Part shown: piece by piece, positions 8,096 through 18,583 of the stretch | How positions within the stretch are numbered: position 1 is the first letter of the stretch | Layout: every line of letters begins with the position of its first letter | Source of the DNA: Acidimicrobiia bacterium | Lineage (GTDB): Bacteria > Actinomycetota > Acidimicrobiia > Spongiisociales > ZC4RG35 | Assembly (NCBI GenBank): GCA_028284765.1 | Contig: JANQRA010000020.1 | Span: forward strand, 14,513-78,512 | Length of the DNA stretch: 64,000 nt | Reading direction: 5' to 3' | Position numbers and translations under genes: made by a program | Notes under the pieces: model-generated | The model's database searches: none | What the model saw: the letters and a program-made list of their open reading frames with translations, nothing else | Told to the model about the DNA's origin: nothing

Positions 8096-9577
8096 ATGCG
8101 TCACCACCGATTAGCAGTAGCCCTGCTATGCACAACTCTCCTTGTCTCAGCATGTGGCCAGACAGGCGAGGAGAGCACCACGACAACAACGTCGCCTGAT
8201 GAGCAGGTACCCGCTACGACATCTACTGAAACACCGCCGACGACTGGCTCCGCAGCTCCCGAGCCGCTCATCCGCAGCGATGACGGAATTCTCTCCGTGT
8301 TCGGCGAGACGGATGTGCCAATCACTGTTACCTCGGTCGACGACCACATCACCGACGGAAGCCTCGACGATGCCGAAACTGTCTTCAGCTACGAGCTAGG
8401 GCCGGATGGGCAGACGTTTGGCGAGCCGCTAACCCTCTTGTTCACGGTTCCCAGCCCCGAGAATGCCGGAGGTATCCCCGCAATCGCGATCGCCATCGAG
8501 TCGGGCGGGACCATCGAGACGCTGGAAGCCGACTCTGTCGAGGAAACGGAGGACGGCTACATCGTGGCTGTCGCCGTTGATCACTTCAGTCGTGTCACAT
8601 TCGGGATCGGCAGGTATGCGTATGCAGTCATCGAGTCCGAAGGCGGGCCCGTGGTTCGCCTCGGAGATCCCTATCGGATCCGCGTTTTCCTAGAGGGAGA
8701 CGAAGAAACGATCGACCAAAATGCCCGCAACTGGGCTCTCTCACTGCGAGTTAACGGGCCCGGCTTCGAAGATTCTTACGACATCGACTTCAGCAGAACG
8801 ACCGAAGAGACGTTGCTCTTCTCATGTGAGCGTGCCGGTTCAGTGACCATGAATGGGTTCTACAGCAGGTTCGTCAACGAACACCACATACCGAGATTCA
8901 TACCCGGAGACTTCTACAAACGCACCCAGCCGGTGGTCGAGTGCGTCGACCCCGATTCGATCGAGTTAGTTGCTCCGCACCCACCGCATGTAGCTCTCAT
9001 CAGTTGCATCGAGGTGAACGCAGGCGCTAACAGCTTGCCTGTAGACGAAACAGCCCTCGAAGATGCGATCCGGCGAATCGGAGGCAAACTCACAAAGAAG
9101 TCAGTCGAGTGCGACACTCACGGCGCTACCTTCGAAGCCGACGCGCGTGCTGCACACGCGATCGGAGCGGACCTCTACATATCGACGTTCGCTGCAGGCA
9201 GCAACTTCAGAGGCGCATATTGCGGAACGCTCGGCACGTGCACAGAAGAAGGGCGAAGCCCTCTCCCCGTCCTGCCACCGAATCAGAACTTCGTCCCCTT
9301 CGACACTCCAGGCGAGGTCGACGAAGATCTTCACACCTTTGCCAACGGTGAGTTCGACGGATATCGCCAATTCTCGGCCTATGAGACTTGGGAAATGCTG
9401 AACCAGGCGTTGCGCTGGTGGGTGGCTCTCGACGGCCGGACGGGTGCCCACAATCCTGAAGTCTCAGACGCTTACGGGACGATGACGTGGACCGATCTCG
9501 ACTGGACTGCTGACGCTGCGCCGTTTCCCGCTGACTACCAGAGTGCCTTCGTCGAGCAGTGGAAAGCGAATAAATAG
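8096..9577 (+). CDS. Hypothetical lipoprotein with a ZU5-like beta domain
   Basis: Lipobox LVSAC; Thr-rich linker; YELGPDGQTFGEPLTL...VDHFS motif. Confidence 0.7.
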   Translation: MRHHRLAVALLCTTLLVSACGQTGEESTTTTTSPDEQVPATTSTETPPTTGSAAPEPLIRSDDGILSVFGETDVPITVTSVDDHITDGSLDDAETVFSYELGPDGQTFGEPLTLLFTVPSPENAGGIPAIAIAIESGGTIETLEADSVEETEDGYIVAVAVDHFSRVTFGIGRYAYAVIESEGGPVVRLGDPYRIRVFLEGDEETIDQNARNWALSLRVNGPGFEDSYDIDFSRTTEETLLFSCERAGSVTMNGFYSRFVNEHHIPRFIPGDFYKRTQPVVECVDPDSIELVAPHPPHVALISCIEVNAGANSLPVDETALEDAIRRIGGKLTKKSVECDTHGATFEADARAAHAIGADLYISTFAAGSNFRGAYCGTLGTCTEEGRSPLPVLPPNQNFVPFDTPGEVDEDLHTFANGEFDGYRQFSAYETWEMLNQALRWWVALDGRTGAHNPEVSDAYGTMTWTDLDWTADAAPFPADYQSAFVEQWKANK

Positions 9578-9597
9578 GCGCTGAAGCAGGTTCCCGA

Positions 9598-10185
9598 TCA
9601 GGACCACAGCTCGATAGTCAACTCGTCGGTTTCGATGCCAAATCCGGGTGCGGCGCTGGCAACAACGTTGCCCTCAGCCGGGAAGGCCGTACCGGGGATC
9701 CGATCCGTCTCGGACAAAGGCACGCCGGGGTCTGAGCCGAGCCAGAACTCGGTCAAACCTGCCCAGGTCATGGCCATCCCAAAGTGTTGGCCTCACGGGG
9801 TGTTGCCCCCAACATGAGGAACGGCTTGGAGCCCCGCCGCTTCCGCAAGCGTGTGAACCCTCACAGCCTCCGGCAGCCCTCCACACCACTCGACATCCGG
9901 TTGGAGGATGTCTACAGCCCTCAGGTTCAGAAGTTCCGCAAAGGCGTGGCGACCGTGGTGGTCCTCCCCAGTCCGAACGTGCCGTCAGCGGCTGTGATTC
10001 GAACCCACAAACGACTTCCTTGAAGGGACGCGGCTGGCTCCGGAAGACGTTCCTGAACATCCCGATATCCCGACATCGCCGTGGCCCGATATGTCTTGCG
10101 ACTCCAGACTTCCGATGAGACGGCGTCGAGTTAGATCTCGGCCACTCGGCCCTGACTACTTCTACGGACTCGATGGCAGGAAGGT
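9598..10185 (-). pseudogene. Mandelate racemase/enolase-superfamily (rhamnonate dehydratase-like) pseudogene
   Basis: Manual translation: N-terminal ...LWVRITAADGTFGLG joined out of frame to TGEDHHGRHAFAELLNLRAVDILQPDVEWCGGL...PHVGGNTP*GQHFG...APGFGIE. Large internal deletion at ~9966-9972, in-frame TGA at 9793-9795, frameshift near 10107. Confidence 0.8.
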
Positions 10186-10245
10186 TGATTGATCAATGAT
10201 AGCGATGATTGATCTAGGGCTGTTTGGAAGAGTAGGGTTCGGTTC

Positions 10246-11301
10246 GTGCCTGAGGCACCCACGACACACCTCCCACCAGGTCCACCCGCTGGCGTATACC
10301 GGAAAGCCACTGGAGTCTCCTGGCCCCCACCTCCAATCCCTCAAGCCGAGGATTTAGAAAGGGCGGCTCGCTTGGTCGCGACCGCGGGCCCACCCACTCC
10401 CCTCCAGGCCTCACCTGGGCTGTCAGAGGTGCTGGGCCGGCGAGTGCTTCTGAAACTCGAGCCTGAGTCACCGATCCGTTCCTTCAAACATCGAGGCGCA
10501 CTGATGGCCCTGAAGACGATCGCCGAGGTTGGCGGGTCGCCGATCGTCGTCACAGCGTCAACCGGCAACCACGGGCAAGGTGTTGCCTATGCCGCGAGCC
10601 TTCTTGGGTTCGAGTCGATCGTCCTCTCACCCAGTACAACTGCCGACGTCAAGATCGACGCCATGCGTGCGTTGGGAGCGGACGTTCGAATCCAAGGCGA
10701 GAATCTCGGACAGTCACAGGCCATGGCAGAAGAGCTGTCATCGAGGCTGTCTGAGGGTGTCTACATCGAAGACGGTGAGAACCCAGATCTGATGTCAGGT
10801 GCGGGAACACTGATGATGGAGATCCTCGATACAAGACCCGATGTAGACACCGTCGTGGTTCCTGTCGGCGGCGGGAACCTCATCGCCGGCTGTCTTCTGG
10901 CCAAGCAGATCGCGGGCAGCTCCGTGGAAGTCATCGGGGTGCAATCGTCGGCGGCGTCGGGCGTCACCCGCAGTTGGCTGGAAGGACGAATGACGGAGTG
11001 TCGATGTGACACCTTTGCTGGTGGGCTGGCGACGACCCGCCCCGGCCACCTCTCGCTCGAGGTCATGATCAACCTGCTCGAGACAATGGCTGTGGTGGAT
11101 GAGCATGATCTCTACGACGGAATCAAGACCACATGGGAACTCGACCAGTTTGAAATCGAAGGCGCAGCAGCAGCCTCCATCGCTGCAGCGAAGCGCTTCC
11201 CGGATCTTCACCTCGGTGAGACGGTGGTTCTCATCGTCACCGGCAGCTGGCTATCAGCCGCCGAGCGAGAGATCGCCATCAACGGCGCTAGCCAGGCATG
11301 A
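10246..11301 (+). CDS. PLP-dependent threonine/serine dehydratase family protein
   Basis: SFKHRG (PLP lysine), ASTGNHG, PVGGGNL. Confidence 0.9.
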   Translation: MPEAPTTHLPPGPPAGVYRKATGVSWPPPPIPQAEDLERAARLVATAGPPTPLQASPGLSEVLGRRVLLKLEPESPIRSFKHRGALMALKTIAEVGGSPIVVTASTGNHGQGVAYAASLLGFESIVLSPSTTADVKIDAMRALGADVRIQGENLGQSQAMAEELSSRLSEGVYIEDGENPDLMSGAGTLMMEILDTRPDVDTVVVPVGGGNLIAGCLLAKQIAGSSVEVIGVQSSAASGVTRSWLEGRMTECRCDTFAGGLATTRPGHLSLEVMINLLETMAVVDEHDLYDGIKTTWELDQFEIEGAAAASIAAAKRFPDLHLGETVVLIVTGSWLSAAEREIAINGASQA

Positions 11302-12887
11302 CCAGAACCCTGCTTACCGGGGGAAGCGTCTTCGACGGCACCGGTTCCGAAGGGTCATCTCTCGACCTGATGATCGAGGACGATCGGATATCAGCAGTCT
11401 CGACGAGGATCGAGCCGAGTCCCGATGTCAGGGTCATCGACGTCAAAGGCAAGGTGGTCACTCCCGGGTTCATTGACCTCCACTCCCACGCCGATTTCTC
11501 GATCCTCGCCTTCCCTGATGCCCAGTCGGCGCTCCTTCAGGGCATCACGACTATCGCGACAGGCAACTGCGGAGGCGGAGTCGCGCCGATCGCTAGCGAG
11601 GATGCCTTGAGAAAGGTGGCCTTTGCCTACGACCCGTCCTGGGAAGTCGAGGTCGACTGGGCAACGTTCGGCGAATACGCCCACAGACTCGACGGAGCCG
11701 CCGTCAACGTGGCGCCTCTTGTCGCCCATGGTCCGATACGAAACAGCGTTATGGGAATGACACCCCGAGAGCCGACTCAAGACGAGCAGCAGGCGATGAA
11801 CGACCTCCTCCGTCAATGTCTCGAAGAAGGCGCTTTCGGCCTTTCATCAGGGCTCGAGTACGAGCCAGGCAAATGGGCCAGTCCGGCCGAGATCGAATCG
11901 CTAGTCGGCGTGGTCGGTCGTGAGGGAAGGCTCTACGCAACCCATATGAGAGACCGAGCTGACCGGTACGTCGAAGCCACAGCAGAGGCACTGACTGCAT
12001 CAATGAAGGGAAATGCGCGTCTGCAGCTCTCGCATTTTGCTCCCCGGCCACATGCCCCATCGGAAACAGCCAATCGGGCGTTCGATCTCGTTGAAGAAGC
12101 GTTCGGCGGAGGCTTTCCGATTGGGATCGATACCTTCCCGGAAGTTTGGGGTCCCGCACTTCTCATCGATCTGTTCCCCGAGTGGTCCCTCGAGGGATCC
12201 CCCAGCGAAGTTCTGGACCGTCTATCGGACCCAGACGCCAGACAGAAGATCTCGAGACATTTTCAGGCCGCCGACTCGTTCCTTGTTAGGGCCGCTGGGT
12301 ACGAGGAGATCTACATAGCCGACGCGCCTGGCGCACCTGAGCTGAGCGGCGTGAGCCTCGTTGATATCGACCACACCCAGGACGTCGGCACAGCAGCCAC
12401 CGAGGTTCTCCTTGGTGCCGGAGTCGACTTCAGATCTGTTGCTATCCGGCATGTATACGCAACCGAGGCAGATCTTCGACGCGTAATAGCCATGCCGAAC
12501 TGCTCGTTCGAGAGCGACGGCGTCGTCACCAGTGGCGAGGACGAGGCTTGTCGTTTGCTCTGGAACGCGTCGTCTTATGGATATACCGCACGTGTGATCG
12601 AGCACTATGTCGGGGCCGAAGCGTTCCTGACAATGGCGGAGGCGGTGCGCAAGATGACATCGTTGCCAGCGCGGGCCCTCGGGATCAGCGATCGTGGTGA
12701 GCTGCGCCCCGGAGCCGTTGCGGACATCGTCGTGATTGACCCTCAGCAGGTCGCGGACCGAACCACCCCAAACACCCCTGCTCGCCACCCGAGGGGCATC
12801 GAGCACGTGTTCGTCAATGGTGTACTCGCCGTTGAGAACACCCAATACAAGGGCGTCCGAGCCGGGCAACTCCTGAAGCCCCAGTAG
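11298..12887 (+). CDS. N-acyl-D-amino-acid deacylase (amidohydrolase)
   Basis: PGFIDLHSHAD, GNCG, YATHMRD, RKMTSLPA, ADIVV. Confidence 0.9.
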   Translation: MTRTLLTGGSVFDGTGSEGSSLDLMIEDDRISAVSTRIEPSPDVRVIDVKGKVVTPGFIDLHSHADFSILAFPDAQSALLQGITTIATGNCGGGVAPIASEDALRKVAFAYDPSWEVEVDWATFGEYAHRLDGAAVNVAPLVAHGPIRNSVMGMTPREPTQDEQQAMNDLLRQCLEEGAFGLSSGLEYEPGKWASPAEIESLVGVVGREGRLYATHMRDRADRYVEATAEALTASMKGNARLQLSHFAPRPHAPSETANRAFDLVEEAFGGGFPIGIDTFPEVWGPALLIDLFPEWSLEGSPSEVLDRLSDPDARQKISRHFQAADSFLVRAAGYEEIYIADAPGAPELSGVSLVDIDHTQDVGTAATEVLLGAGVDFRSVAIRHVYATEADLRRVIAMPNCSFESDGVVTSGEDEACRLLWNASSYGYTARVIEHYVGAEAFLTMAEAVRKMTSLPARALGISDRGELRPGAVADIVVIDPQQVADRTTPNTPARHPRGIEHVFVNGVLAVENTQYKGVRAGQLLKPQ

Positions 12888-12951
12888 ACACCAGCAACTC
12901 AACCCCAATTGAATGTCAATAGTTCAAGATGTTCGACTAATTTGAGAGGCT

Positions 12952-13728
12952 ATGCCAGAGCACACCGCGCCAAGAGTTCTAACTGAGGGTGACACATCAT
13001 CCTCGACCCTCAGATTCCATCCAGTCGCCCTGACCCGAGCCCACGAAGAAGTGGTTGATCAGATCATCTACGCCATCCGGTCCGGCTTGCTCGGAGTTGG
13101 CGACAGGCTTCCCACAATCGAGGAGCTGGCTGACCTGACGGAAGTCAGTAAACCGGTTGTTGGCGACGCCGTGAAGCTCTTGCGCGAGCACGGCATTCTC
13201 GAAACCAAACGAGGTGTTCAAGGTGGCGTCACGGTCATCAATGATGAGATCCCAACCAAGCTCATGCTTATCGCCTCCGGATGGCGGAAGGCAACACTTA
13301 CCGAGTTGGTGGAAGCTCGCAGGCCGATCGAGCTCGAGCTTGCCTTGCTCGCTGGGGAACGGGCAACACAAGAGAACTTCGACGCCATGAGAGATGCGTT
13401 ACGCCAGCTCAAAGAGGCCGGGGCAGACGAACGGAAAGGCGCCTTCCTGCGCTACGACCATCTTTTTCACTATCAGATCGGAATAGCTGCGCAAAGCGAG
13501 AAGCTCGCGTACCTCCAACATCGGGTGCTCAGCGAGATTGCCGCGAAGCTCTACGAATACGAGCTGTTCCACGAGGACATCAGCTTGGTGCTGACAACTC
13601 ATGAAGAGATCTTGAGGGCTCTCGAGACTCGGAACCCCGAGACCATCCACGGTGCGCTCGACAAGCACTGGAGAACCTCGGATGGTGCCTTTGCTTCTCT
13701 CGAAGCGATCGGCCCAACTGACGGCTAG
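12952..13728 (+). CDS. GntR/FadR family transcriptional regulator
   Basis: N-terminal wHTH (GDRLPTIEELA...RGVQGG); FCD domain (EARRPIE, FHYQI). Confidence 0.9.
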   Translation: MPEHTAPRVLTEGDTSSSTLRFHPVALTRAHEEVVDQIIYAIRSGLLGVGDRLPTIEELADLTEVSKPVVGDAVKLLREHGILETKRGVQGGVTVINDEIPTKLMLIASGWRKATLTELVEARRPIELELALLAGERATQENFDAMRDALRQLKEAGADERKGAFLRYDHLFHYQIGIAAQSEKLAYLQHRVLSEIAAKLYEYELFHEDISLVLTTHEEILRALETRNPETIHGALDKHWRTSDGAFASLEAIGPTDG

Positions 13729-13743
13729 ACGCCGACTCGAGTT

Positions 13744-14751
13744 GTGGCCAGAGTGTCGGCCCTACGGGTCGCAATCATCGGATGTGGCTTCCAGGGCGGC
13801 TACCATGCCCAGGCCCTCAGCAATACCCGAGATGTGAGGGTGACGGTCTGCTGCGACGCAGACCTGTCAGTCGCCACTCAACTCGCTGACCAATTCGACG
13901 GGTGTGATGCGACTAGTGACTGGGAAGCGATCATGTCCGACCCAGCTGTTGATGCGGTGGTGATCGCAACCCCCACCCATACCCACACCAACCTGGCTAT
14001 CGCTGCCGCCCGAGCCAATAAGCCGATGCTCTTGGAAAAGCCGATGGCAACGACAGTCGACGACTGTCTGAGAATCGAGGCAGCCGCTCGGGCGGCCGGT
14101 GTGCCAATCCTGATGGGCTTCAAGTTCCGGTTCGCACCCGCCGTGCTGCGAGCCAAACAGGCGGTACCTGTGGGCCGAGTCCTCAGTGGCCATACCCTCT
14201 ACGACTCGGCGCAAATCACGTCTTCCTGGGTCAGCAATCCTCACATGAGCGGCGGGCGCGTCACTAGCTCACTGGTCCACACCGTTGACCTCCTGCGATT
14301 TCTCACCGAAAGCGACCCCGCAAGGGTCTCGGCCGAGGCATCAGACCTGCTCGGCACCGGGGAGCCGACGACCATCGCAGCGACCATTCAATTCGAGAAC
14401 GGTGCCATCGCGTCGATCCTCCACGGCACATCGACGCGAAGCCCTCTCCTATCGGCATGGTCCTTCACCACGTCAACAAGCGACGCCTCGGCAACAGTGT
14501 TCGACCACTGCAGACAGGTCGCCGTCCGTGCCAATGGGCAGGACCAGGCGACATTCGTGGATGACGTTGAAGATCCCTTCGCTGCCGGCATGGAGGGACT
14601 CGCTCAGGCTTTCGCTGATTCGGCCAGATCGTCGACCGCACACAGCCCCCATGGACGTGACGGAGTCATATCGCTGGTGACATGCAGGGCAATAGAGAAG
14701 GCAGCGGGTTCGGGGAAGACCCAGAAGGTCGAAATCCCGAGTCAGGTCTAG
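13744..14751 (+). CDS. Gfo/Idh/MocA family oxidoreductase
   Basis: IIGCGFQG, IATPTHTH, LEKP. Confidence 0.9.
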   Translation: MARVSALRVAIIGCGFQGGYHAQALSNTRDVRVTVCCDADLSVATQLADQFDGCDATSDWEAIMSDPAVDAVVIATPTHTHTNLAIAAARANKPMLLEKPMATTVDDCLRIEAAARAAGVPILMGFKFRFAPAVLRAKQAVPVGRVLSGHTLYDSAQITSSWVSNPHMSGGRVTSSLVHTVDLLRFLTESDPARVSAEASDLLGTGEPTTIAATIQFENGAIASILHGTSTRSPLLSAWSFTTSTSDASATVFDHCRQVAVRANGQDQATFVDDVEDPFAAGMEGLAQAFADSARSSTAHSPHGRDGVISLVTCRAIEKAAGSGKTQKVEIPSQV

Positions 14752-14754
14752 GCC

Positions 14755-15660
14755 CTAGCTCATCTCACTAGTCCGCGGGTCGAGCGCATCCCGGAGCCCG
14801 TCACCAACGAAGTTGATCGACAAGACCGTCAATGTGATTAAGAGGCCGGGCGGAATCCACAGCCACGGCATCGTTTCGAGGATTGTGAGATTCTGAGCCT
14901 CATTGAGGATGCTTCCCCAGCTGGCAGTTGGCGGGGACAGTCCGAAACCGAGGAATGACAGCGCCGATTCGATGAGAATCGCTTGCGCAGCAAGGAGAGT
15001 TCCGGCAACGGTCAGTGGTCCGATTGCGGCAGGTATCAAATGCCGAACGGTCGTGTGAAGACCTCGGGCTCCAAAAGCACGCGCGGCCTGGACGAACTCC
15101 TGTTCTTTGATTGCAACTGTCATATTCCGCACCAGGCGACCCGAGATCGGCCATTGGAAGAGCGCCATCACCAGGACAATGGTTGTCACGTTCCGCCCGA
15201 AACGAGTGACGAAGAAGATGATAAGCACGAGGGTGGGGAACGACAGGACGACCTCGACAAGCCTCATGAAGATCCAGTCGAACACGCCTCCCCGGTATCC
15301 CGCAATCGTTCCAAAGACGAGCCCGATGAACACAGTCGAGATTGCAGACGCGAACCCGATCAACAGGGAGACCCGGCCTCCGTACAAGACCCGGGCAAAG
15401 ACGTCGCGCCCGGCCTGGTCAGTCCCCAACCAGTGCTCTGTAGAGGGCGGCTGAAGTACGACCGAGAGGTCAACCGCGTTGGGGTCTTGCGCGATCCAAG
15501 GGGCCAGGATTGACATCACTGTCACCAGTGTCAGGAAGAAAAGGCCGCCGATTGCAAGCTTGTTCCGCCGGAACCTCCGCCAGGCACGACTGCTCGGACT
15601 TTGGCCCACACTCGGTTCAGCCTCTAGACCTAGAGGTTCCATCGCGACGTCGGTCACCAC
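14755..15660 (-). CDS. Dpp/Opp-type ABC transporter permease (DppC-like)
   Basis: HWLGTDQAGRD, EFVQAARAFGA, ESALSFLGFG, NFVGDGLRDALDP. Confidence 0.92.
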   Translation of the reverse strand: MVTDVAMEPLGLEAEPSVGQSPSSRAWRRFRRNKLAIGGLFFLTLVTVMSILAPWIAQDPNAVDLSVVLQPPSTEHWLGTDQAGRDVFARVLYGGRVSLLIGFASAISTVFIGLVFGTIAGYRGGVFDWIFMRLVEVVLSFPTLVLIIFFVTRFGRNVTTIVLVMALFQWPISGRLVRNMTVAIKEQEFVQAARAFGARGLHTTVRHLIPAAIGPLTVAGTLLAAQAILIESALSFLGFGLSPPTASWGSILNEAQNLTILETMPWLWIPPGLLITLTVLSINFVGDGLRDALDPRTSEMS

Positions 15661-15709
15661 GACAACGTCCCCTGACGAACGGACAGACAGTTGCGACGAC
15701 TAGCCATGC

Positions 15710-16666
15710 CTACCCCTCGATCCTGACTCTGGGATCGAGCCATGCGATGAAGAGATCGAGGAACAACTGCGAGACGACCACGATCAAGGCCACCACGAGC
15801 GTGAACCCGATGATGACCGGAAAGTCGCGAGTGGTTATGGCGTTGAACACCACCAATCCCGTGCCGGGCCAAGAGAACATCGTCTCGATGACGATCGCTC
15901 CGCCGACTAGGAGCGGTATCTGAACAATCGTCACGGTTGCGATCGGAATGGCGGCGTTCTTCAGGGTGTGTTTGCCTACGACAAGCCTGCGAGACGCTCC
16001 TCTGGCTCGAGCCGCGGTGATGTAGGGCTCATTCAGAACCTCCAAGGCGGACTGACGGGTGTACCGCATGTACGGCCCGAACAAAGCGGCGCTCAAGACG
16101 CCTATCGGCATGATTGCGTGGATCAGGAAGTCCCCAAATCCATCCTGTCCCATGCCTCCGGGCGGCAGCCAGCGCAACTTGACGCCGAATATGTAGATCG
16201 CCGCAAGAGCGGTGAAGAAGCTCGGGATGGCGATCACTGACATGCCTACTGCCGATGCCGTGTAGTCGAAGGCACTGTTTCGGCGTAGGGCGGCCATCAG
16301 GCCCACTGGGACTGCCAGAGTCAAGGCGACGATCATCGAGCCGCCCATGAGAATCAGGGTCGGTCCAGCTCTGTCACCGAGAATCTCCGTCACGGGCGCT
16401 CCCAGGTGGAAGGAGAATCCAAGGTTCCCCTGAAACAGCTCGCCCACCCAATGAAAGAACTGGATGATGACCGGGTCGTTGAGCCCAAACCGCTCTCGCT
16501 GAGCCTCGAGGAACGCTTCGCCTTCCGGCCCTTGGAGGAGGTCGGGCGGGACGAGCATCCTGAGTGGATCCCCCGGCATCGACTGCACGAGGAGAAACGA
16601 CAACAACATGATTCCGGCAACAACGGGTATCGCAGTCATCAGTCGACGTGTCATGTACCGGCCCAA
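15710..16666 (-). CDS. Dpp/Opp-type ABC transporter permease (DppB-like)
   Basis: MPGDP, GNLGFS, YITAARARG, IETMFSWPG, DPRVR. Confidence 0.92.
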   Translation of the reverse strand: MGRYMTRRLMTAIPVVAGIMLLSFLLVQSMPGDPLRMLVPPDLLQGPEGEAFLEAQRERFGLNDPVIIQFFHWVGELFQGNLGFSFHLGAPVTEILGDRAGPTLILMGGSMIVALTLAVPVGLMAALRRNSAFDYTASAVGMSVIAIPSFFTALAAIYIFGVKLRWLPPGGMGQDGFGDFLIHAIMPIGVLSAALFGPYMRYTRQSALEVLNEPYITAARARGASRRLVVGKHTLKNAAIPIATVTIVQIPLLVGGAIVIETMFSWPGTGLVVFNAITTRDFPVIIGFTLVVALIVVVSQLFLDLFIAWLDPRVRIEG

Positions 16667-16717
16667 CGGTCCTCCTGTTCAAGTGCCTGGCACACCGCAG
16701 TATCCGCAGCCAAGGCT

Positions 16718-16755
16718 AACGAGACCGGGGCGCCAGTTGGGCGCCCCGGCTCGTT
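16718..16755 (-). terminator. GC-rich hairpin after the substrate-binding gene (terminator/mRNA stabiliser)
   Basis: AACGAG.CCGGGGCGCC-agttg-GGCGCCCCGG.CTCGTT inverted repeat. Confidence 0.6.
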
Positions 16756-16792
16756 TGCATCAGCCCTCAGTTACGGAGGTGTATTGAGGTTC

Positions 16793-18532
16793 TCAGCCTT
16801 CCCACGTCCAGTCACCGATATTCCAGGTGACGTGTTCTGGCTGGCCGACAGGTTGGACACCCGCAAGGTCCGTGGCTTGGGCCACAATTGTCTCAGGCCA
16901 GTAGAGGATCAGGGAGTCAATGTCCTCGTTCAGGATCGAGAAGGCCTCGTGGTAGATCGGAGCCCTCTCCTCCGGTGAGGCGACTTCAAGTCCCGCTGCC
17001 CACAGCGCATCCAGGTCTTCCCTGCAGTAGAACGACAGGTTCGCGCCGTTCGGGAAGAACGTGTCGCAACTGTTGTACGGCGACACCTGGTTGGGATCGG
17101 CTGCGAAGTGTGCACCACGGTTGATGAACATTGCAGCTTCGCTGCGACGTGCGGGGTCACGTCCACCGATCTCGAGCAGAGTGCCAACATCTGTTGACAG
17201 AATGTCCATGCCGATACCGACTGCGGCGAAGTTGGCCTGAATGATGACGGACTCTGTGCTGCGCACCCGGTCGTCGCCACCGATGTTGACCATTGTCAAA
17301 CGAGTACTGGGGTCCCATCCTGCTTCCTCGAGCAGCTCTATCGCCCTTTCGGGGTTGTACTCGTACTGAATCGGCACATCATCGGGAATCGCCCAAGCTG
17401 GTGCCAGCAACCGAACCTGATCGCGCGTTACTGCGCAGTATCCAGCAAGTACTTCTGAGCACAAGCCTTCGAGGTCCAGAGCGAAAGCCATCGCTTGGCG
17501 AACCCTCGGGTCTTGCAGCGCTGGCGTGTCCACGAAGAACTGCAGCACCTCTGGCCACACCCCGGTGACCGTCTGGATCTCAACATTGTCGAGACCCTCG
17601 AGGCGAGCAACATCGATGGGCGCCACCTGCGCCGTTAGGTGAAGGTCGCCGGTCTCGAGTTGGGCGGTAGCGACGTCCGTCTGCAGCAGGCTCATCGTCA
17701 CCTTCTGGAATGCAGGTGGTGTCGGCCAATTCGGGTCGGCCTCCAGCTCTACGAACTGATCTCGCTCCCATCTCACGAACTTGTATGGGCCCAATGTGAC
17801 GGGCTCGTCGTTGAAGTACTCGCTCGTCGCAAGCTCTTCGTTCGACAGTCCGCCAAGAATGTGCTCAGGCAGCATCGATATCACGAAGCCCTGGGCAGCA
17901 AGGATTGAAAGCCAGGGCGGATTGGAACCAGCGAGCTGGACCACGAAGGTGTAGTCGTCTGGAGCTGTGAGGCCCTCCGGAATGTCACCTTCGCCTTGGC
18001 CCAGCACACCACCGATTCGGTTGGCCCACTGGCTCAACTCGGCTGTGAGCATCTTGGACATGGTCCAGAGCACGTCTTCAGATGTGAACGGCTCGCCGTC
18101 GCTCCAAACAAGGTCCTGACGAAGATTGAAGGTGATGGTCAGGCCGTCGTCGCTTATCTCCCAGGACTCTGCAGCCCCGCCTCGAATCTCGTTGTTGGGA
18201 TCGAGGAAGACGAGTGGCTGATAGATCGCAGCAGTAACCGTGCCACGACCAATTCCGCTGGAGAGGAACGGATTCAGTGTCGAGAACTCCCCAACCTGGA
18301 TGTTCAGGGTGTCCGGCGCCGTTGCCGATCCCCCATCGCCGTCACCACTTGACGTCGTGGTGGTGGTGTCGCCGTCATCGCCGCCACCGCCACCTCCACT
18401 GGTAGTGGTTGTGCCACCCCCGTCACCACCAGCGGTCGTTGTGGTCTCTGCAGTCTCTCCTGAGCATGCAGCGACGACCATCGCGAGGGCAAGTAGCAGA
18501 CCTGCCCACCTTTTAAAGTTGAGGTTCCTCAT
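16793..18532 (-). CDS. ABC transporter substrate-binding lipoprotein (family 5)
   Basis: Lipobox VVAAC, Thr/Gly linker, WSDGEPFTSEDV, GPYKF, DPRVRQAM. Confidence 0.92.
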   Translation of the reverse strand: MRNLNFKRWAGLLLALAMVVAACSGETAETTTTAGGDGGGTTTTSGGGGGGDDGDTTTTTSSGDGDGGSATAPDTLNIQVGEFSTLNPFLSSGIGRGTVTAAIYQPLVFLDPNNEIRGGAAESWEISDDGLTITFNLRQDLVWSDGEPFTSEDVLWTMSKMLTAELSQWANRIGGVLGQGEGDIPEGLTAPDDYTFVVQLAGSNPPWLSILAAQGFVISMLPEHILGGLSNEELATSEYFNDEPVTLGPYKFVRWERDQFVELEADPNWPTPPAFQKVTMSLLQTDVATAQLETGDLHLTAQVAPIDVARLEGLDNVEIQTVTGVWPEVLQFFVDTPALQDPRVRQAMAFALDLEGLCSEVLAGYCAVTRDQVRLLAPAWAIPDDVPIQYEYNPERAIELLEEAGWDPSTRLTMVNIGGDDRVRSTESVIIQANFAAVGIGMDILSTDVGTLLEIGGRDPARRSEAAMFINRGAHFAADPNQVSPYNSCDTFFPNGANLSFYCREDLDALWAAGLEVASPEERAPIYHEAFSILNEDIDSLILYWPETIVAQATDLAGVQPVGQPEHVTWNIGDWTWEG

Positions 18533-18583
18533 CTCGATCCCTTCAGAAGCCAACGGGCAGCCCTTCCCAGAGCCATTTCGACC

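Noticed and set aside
9784-10023. ORF with KRVNPHSLRQ resembling the tyrosine recombinase HxLRH motif
   Set aside because: It is the antisense shadow of the enolase pseudogene; no other recombinase motifs follow.
9979-10040. tRNA-like fragment (GGGTTCGAATC, CCTTCAAGG on the minus strand) as a possible att scar
   Set aside because: Stems do not fit a cloverleaf, and the bases are explained as coding sequence (RLWVRITAADG) of the enolase pseudogene.
18350-18450. Low-complexity GGT/ACC repeats (also near 8175, 30735 and 57580)
   Set aside because: They encode Thr/Gly/Asp linkers of lipoproteins; not CRISPR or other functional DNA repeats.
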